Shown: positions 47,408 to 64,000 of the stretch, one piece after another | Layout of the letters: the number at the start of each line of letters is the position of its first letter | How positions within the stretch are numbered: position 1 is the first letter of the stretch | Assembly (NCBI GenBank): GCA_051362555.1 | Contig: CM120640.1 | Location: forward strand, 38,418,788 to 38,482,787 | DNA length: 64,000 nucleotides | Reading direction: 5' to 3' | Origin: Lingula anatina | Taxonomy: Eukaryota > Animalia > Brachiopoda | The notes under the pieces: model-generated | What the model saw: the letters and a program-made list of their open reading frames with translations, nothing else | Databases searched by the model: none | Told to the model about the DNA's origin: nothing | Program-made: the position numbers and the translations under genes

Positions 47408-49720
47408 TTATGTACAGACACAGATGTGTCTGTACATATTGCCATCACCTGCGTCTGTCGTCGCCGATGCCGATGCCGATGCCGATGCCGATGGCGATGC
47501 CGATGCCGATGCCGTCGCCGTGCACTTTCCTTGTAAACACGATAAGTGGAAGGCAGTTTTACTTTTTGGCTTTATATTTACAGAGCTGATGAATATTCAT
47601 AAAACGCAGGTCAAGTTCGAAAATCAGCATGATCGGGCCATTATTGTAGAAGTTATGCTGTTTTTTCACTTTTCAGCATATTTTTCACATTTCCTCAGAT
47701 TCAATTCTTAGGCATGTTAACAGTCTCATTATTAAACTAATAAGATACGTAAAAGTTTTTGTTTGACATTTCCTGCATCTTTACAACATTGTTAGTTGAT
47801 TTTGTAAAAATGATGGTAAACTTGTTATCGTGTATTGTGTAATAAAGTGTCAAAAATGGAAATAAACTCATATCATTGCAGTTTGTCAGATTCAATCATT
47901 CACTATGTTCAGAATCTCAGAATGGAAGAAATTGGACATTTAACACTGCTTTATTGATATTTTTCCCATCTCATCAATTTTCTTAGTTGATCATATAAAA
48001 ATGGCAGTAAACTGTTAATTTTGTTTTATGTTAAAAATTGTTAAAAATGGAAAAAAAACATTTCAGAACAGTGCTGTCTTGTTTACATTTTGGCATTTTC
48101 AAGTTGTGACTTAGAGGTTCCATGGGCCTGAAGACCTTTGCTAGTCACATTTTCTGAATATCCATGATACTAATATTTTATTATTAAAAATTGATGGTCA
48201 TTATGCTGTTAAACATTATGTAATATTGCATCAAAATTTGAAAAAAACCTATTTTGGGCACTGCTCCCATGATGACCATTTAAGAAAAACCATGTCACTT
48301 ACTGTTCTCAAACAGTACAGTAAATATATATATAGATGTGTCTGTACATATTGCCATCACCTGCGTCTGTCGTCGCCGTCATCGGCGTCGCCGGTGCCGT
48401 GCATTTTCATTGTAAACACGATAAGTGGAAGGCAGTTTTACTTTTGGGCTTTATATTTACAGAGCTGATGAATATTCATAAAACGCAGGTCAAGTTCAAA
48501 AATCAGCATGATCGGGCCATTATTGTAGAAGTTATGCTTTTTTTTTCACTTTTCAGCATATATGCAACACTGTAAACACATTCCAAGGAAAACCGATAGG
48601 CCTGTTGTCATGAAACTCACAGGAGTAATCTATCTTACTAAAACGCAGCTCAAGTTCGAAAATCAGCATGATCGGGCCACTATTTTAGTAGTTATGCTGT
48701 TTTTTCATTTTTCAGCATATATGCAACACTGTAAACACAATATAAGAAAAACAGATAGGCCAATTGTCATTAAACTCACAGGAGTGGTCAATCTTACTAA
48801 AACGCAGGTTGAGTTCGAAAATCAGCATAATCGGGCCATTATTTTAGAAGTTATGCTGTTTTTTCACATTTCCTCAGATTAAATTCTTAGGCATGTTAAC
48901 AGTCTTATTGTTTTACTAATAAGATACATAAAAGTGTTTGTTTGACATTTCCTGCATCTTTACAACATTGTAAGTTGATTATGTAAAAATGATGGTAAAC
49001 TTGTTATCGTGTATTGTGTAATAAAGTGTCAAAAATGGAAATAAACTCATATCATTGCAGTTTGTCAGATTCAATCATTCACTATGTTCAGAATCTCAGA
49101 ATGGAGGAAATTGGACATTTAACACTATTCTATTGATATTTTTCCCATCTCATCAATTTTCTTAGTTGATCATATAAAAATTGCAGTAAACTGTTTATTT
49201 TGTTTTATGTTAAAAAATTGTTAAAAATGAAAAAAAAAAAATTTCAGAACAGTGCTGTCTTTGTTTACATTTTGGCATTTTCAAGTTGTGACTTTGAAGT
49301 TCCATGGGCCTGAAGACCTTTGCTAGTCACATTTTCTGAATATCCATGATACTAATATTTTATTATTAAAATTGATGGTCATTATGCTGTTAAACATTAT
49401 GTAATATTGCATCAAAATTAAAAAAAAAACTATTTTGGGCACTGCTCCCATGATGACCATTTAAGAAAAACCATGTCACTTACTGTTCTCAAACTTACAG
49501 GAAAGAAACATGGGACTAAAATACAGCTTCAGTAGGCAATGCAGTCTGTTTGGTAATTCTTACTGCCAGTTAAACGGTTTCACATATTGGCATTTTCAAA
49601 GTGTGACTTTGAAGTTCCACGGTCTTGTTTATTATTGCATCAAAATTGGCAAAATGACCTCTTTTGCATCCTTTTTTCTGTTATTTTGTCTGTACATTTG
49701 ACAGCTTTGCTGCCTTGTCT
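47408..49720 (+). mobile_element. HINE family A, composite of two head-to-tail units
   Basis: Same 5' hairpin + (GATGCC)n, a restart at ~48333 and the same 3' terminus at 49687-49720. Confidence 0.8.
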
Positions 49721-51854
49721 TTTGTGTAATGTGAAAACTGAAACCCACTGCATGCATTCATTTGTTCCTGGGCAGGGGCATAGTATCTACAACAATTCAA
49801 ACCCAACAATAATTAATTAATTAAATTATTCTCATACAGCTCAGACTCGGAGGAAACTTGGTAAATTGTTACAAGTCATGGCCCTGTATAATTGTGTGGT
49901 GTGTTATCATAGGAAATCAAAAAAATAGAAAAATTTCGGTGAGATTTCACATGTAAATCTCAAAAATTTATACAGACAAAAAAAAAAAAAGGCATGATCC
50001 TCAGTTGGAAGAAATCATGACCGAGTGCCACTCTATTGAATTTGATGTGATTAAGAAAAACTGTCAAAGGGCTTTGTTAATTTCAAAAATTTGAAATTTT
50101 TTACCTATAGATCATATATAAACAATAAATATGATAATGAATATGGTTCAATAGGTTCCAAAAATATTTTTTGAAACTAAAATCTGAAAAGTTGTGGCCG
50201 CTATCATGAAACAAAAAATTGGCCACACAAAAAACAAACAAACAAGCAGACGAATATACAGCCAAAACATTTTTTGCAAGTAATAAAACAAAACTGGAGT
50301 CCAAAATATATTTACGTGTGTATAGTTTATTCTTAAAAGGTATGTTTCTTACATCATGTGCAGTCTTTATAAAACTTTATGGCCGGGGGTTTTAAGGTAT
50401 AAACAAAATTAAAGGGATAATAACTCTTCGTATGAGATCTATATTTCACAATAAAAACATTATAGCTAATATTCTGATATCTGAGATTGTCTTTAGACCA
50501 CGTGACCTCCATTGATGGCTATACTCTGTTATAATCTCTTAAGAGATAAAATAAAAAACAAACTTTTCAGAAAAAAACCAGGGAATAACTTTGAATGTAA
50601 ATTCAAAATGGATTCATTAACCATTAGTATGGGAAAATTGTTGTTTACTCCAGGAAAATTCATTTTTTGGCCAAAACGAAGAGTTATTATCCCTTTAAAT
50701 CTTCATGTTCTTTATTCTTTGTTTTGTAAAAAGTAAACTAAAACCAATAAACATTGAATTTCAGCACAATATTGCACACAGGTAACCAATGTATTTGTTT
50801 GATACCTTTATCTCTTACATGAACTGTCTATAAACTGGCTTTCAGACACTCATCTTGCAGACAAAATATCTACCAAGTACTACATACCTGTTTTCAAGGA
50901 AAGACAGCTCACTGTTTCCCTTGAACCACCAGTGTGGCTTATTTTCCAATTCTTTCAGTTTTTTTTTTTTTTTTAAACTATTATTGCCATATCATAACCA
51001 TAAATAATTATGTATAGATCATCATTCGGGTGAAACTAGTAGATTGTTTTATTTGCTACCAAGCTAAAAAAATGTTAAATATTTTATTGCACAGATGCCC
51101 ATATTGAAAGAATAAAATAACTAAAATCTGATTGAAAGGAATGATAAAGATTTTATGAAATTTTGTTTTCTAGTTCACTCATCTCTCAGAAGTACTCTTT
51201 TCCTATTGAGACTTCCAAATAGAAAATTGTCATTTCTGTAATAAATGGCAGCTAAGAGAAAATGTGAAAATTAGTGAAAATTAGATAAATTAAGCAAAAA
51301 AAGTTGTAGTGTGTATGTCCCTTATACAAGACTTATGTTCTCCAAAACTAACCAGAAGAGCTCTTCTACTGTCTGTACATCAATCCATCACTGATGATAA
51401 TATTGCTCAAAATTATACGAAAAATAATATATCTGGTGTACAGGTTTGTCAAAAATAATTTCTTGGTCTTTCACATAAGCAGAATTTCTCTTAAACACTT
51501 TGTTTCATACACAGAAATGTAGATGTGATAAACAACTAGCAAAACTGATTTCTTTTTTTACATACCTTTTACCCATCTGCTCTTCCCACCCTACCCAGTA
51601 AATTTCAGTAAACTGGAAATTAACCTCTGTTATCATCTTGTGCCTGACATTCCCAGTTACTCAGGCTTTTGTCTTCAAAAATATTAATTAAGGAACCTGA
51701 CAATAAACTTTTCATTCCTTTTTTGAATATGTCCACTAAGCATAAATCTTTTGCTGCAAAATTGTTATTCACATGCAAATGAGTATACTCAACACCAAGG
51801 AGTTTTCATCTATGTAGTTCAGTTTTTTTTTTCAATTTTGCTGCAGTTCCAGAT

Positions 51855-64000
<12,146 letters not shown>

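Noticed and set aside
44008-48882. Recurrent ORFs (MCLYILPSPASVV..., up to 177 aa) that look like a tandem gene family
   Set aside because: They lie wholly within HINE family A copies, shift frame with microsatellite length and show no recognisable domain.

Overview
AT-rich, intron-containing animal DNA, probably a spiralian/lophotrochozoan invertebrate (inferred from gene content and repeat types; the species cannot be determined). It holds seven spliced protein-coding genes: MARCHF5 (+), IDE (-), LAP3 (-), ZDHHC16 (+), MED28 (-), TMEM127 (+) and the 3' part of an otoferlin-type ferlin (-, runs off the right edge). Repeats include a truncated L2/CR1-type LINE, three families of non-autonomous Helentron/DINE-1-like (HINE) elements, two of which carry 146-bp or 159-bp internal tandem repeats, two PIF/Harbinger-like long-TIR MITEs, a foldback element nested in one of them, and microsatellites. 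Highlights: (1) a tandemly duplicated, probably mutually exclusive 81-nt IDE exon pair that changes the conserved KDKERP segment; (2) IDE with an upstream presequence-like exon, a second Met and a C-terminal SKL; (3) HINE elements generating a satellite with a higher-order repeat, DR1 motif arrays, chimeras and head-to-tail multimers; (4) a U12 intron and GC-AG introns; (5) gene adjacencies shared with vertebrates. Gene models were read by eye and are unverified by transcripts. No prokaryotic features or CRISPR arrays were found.
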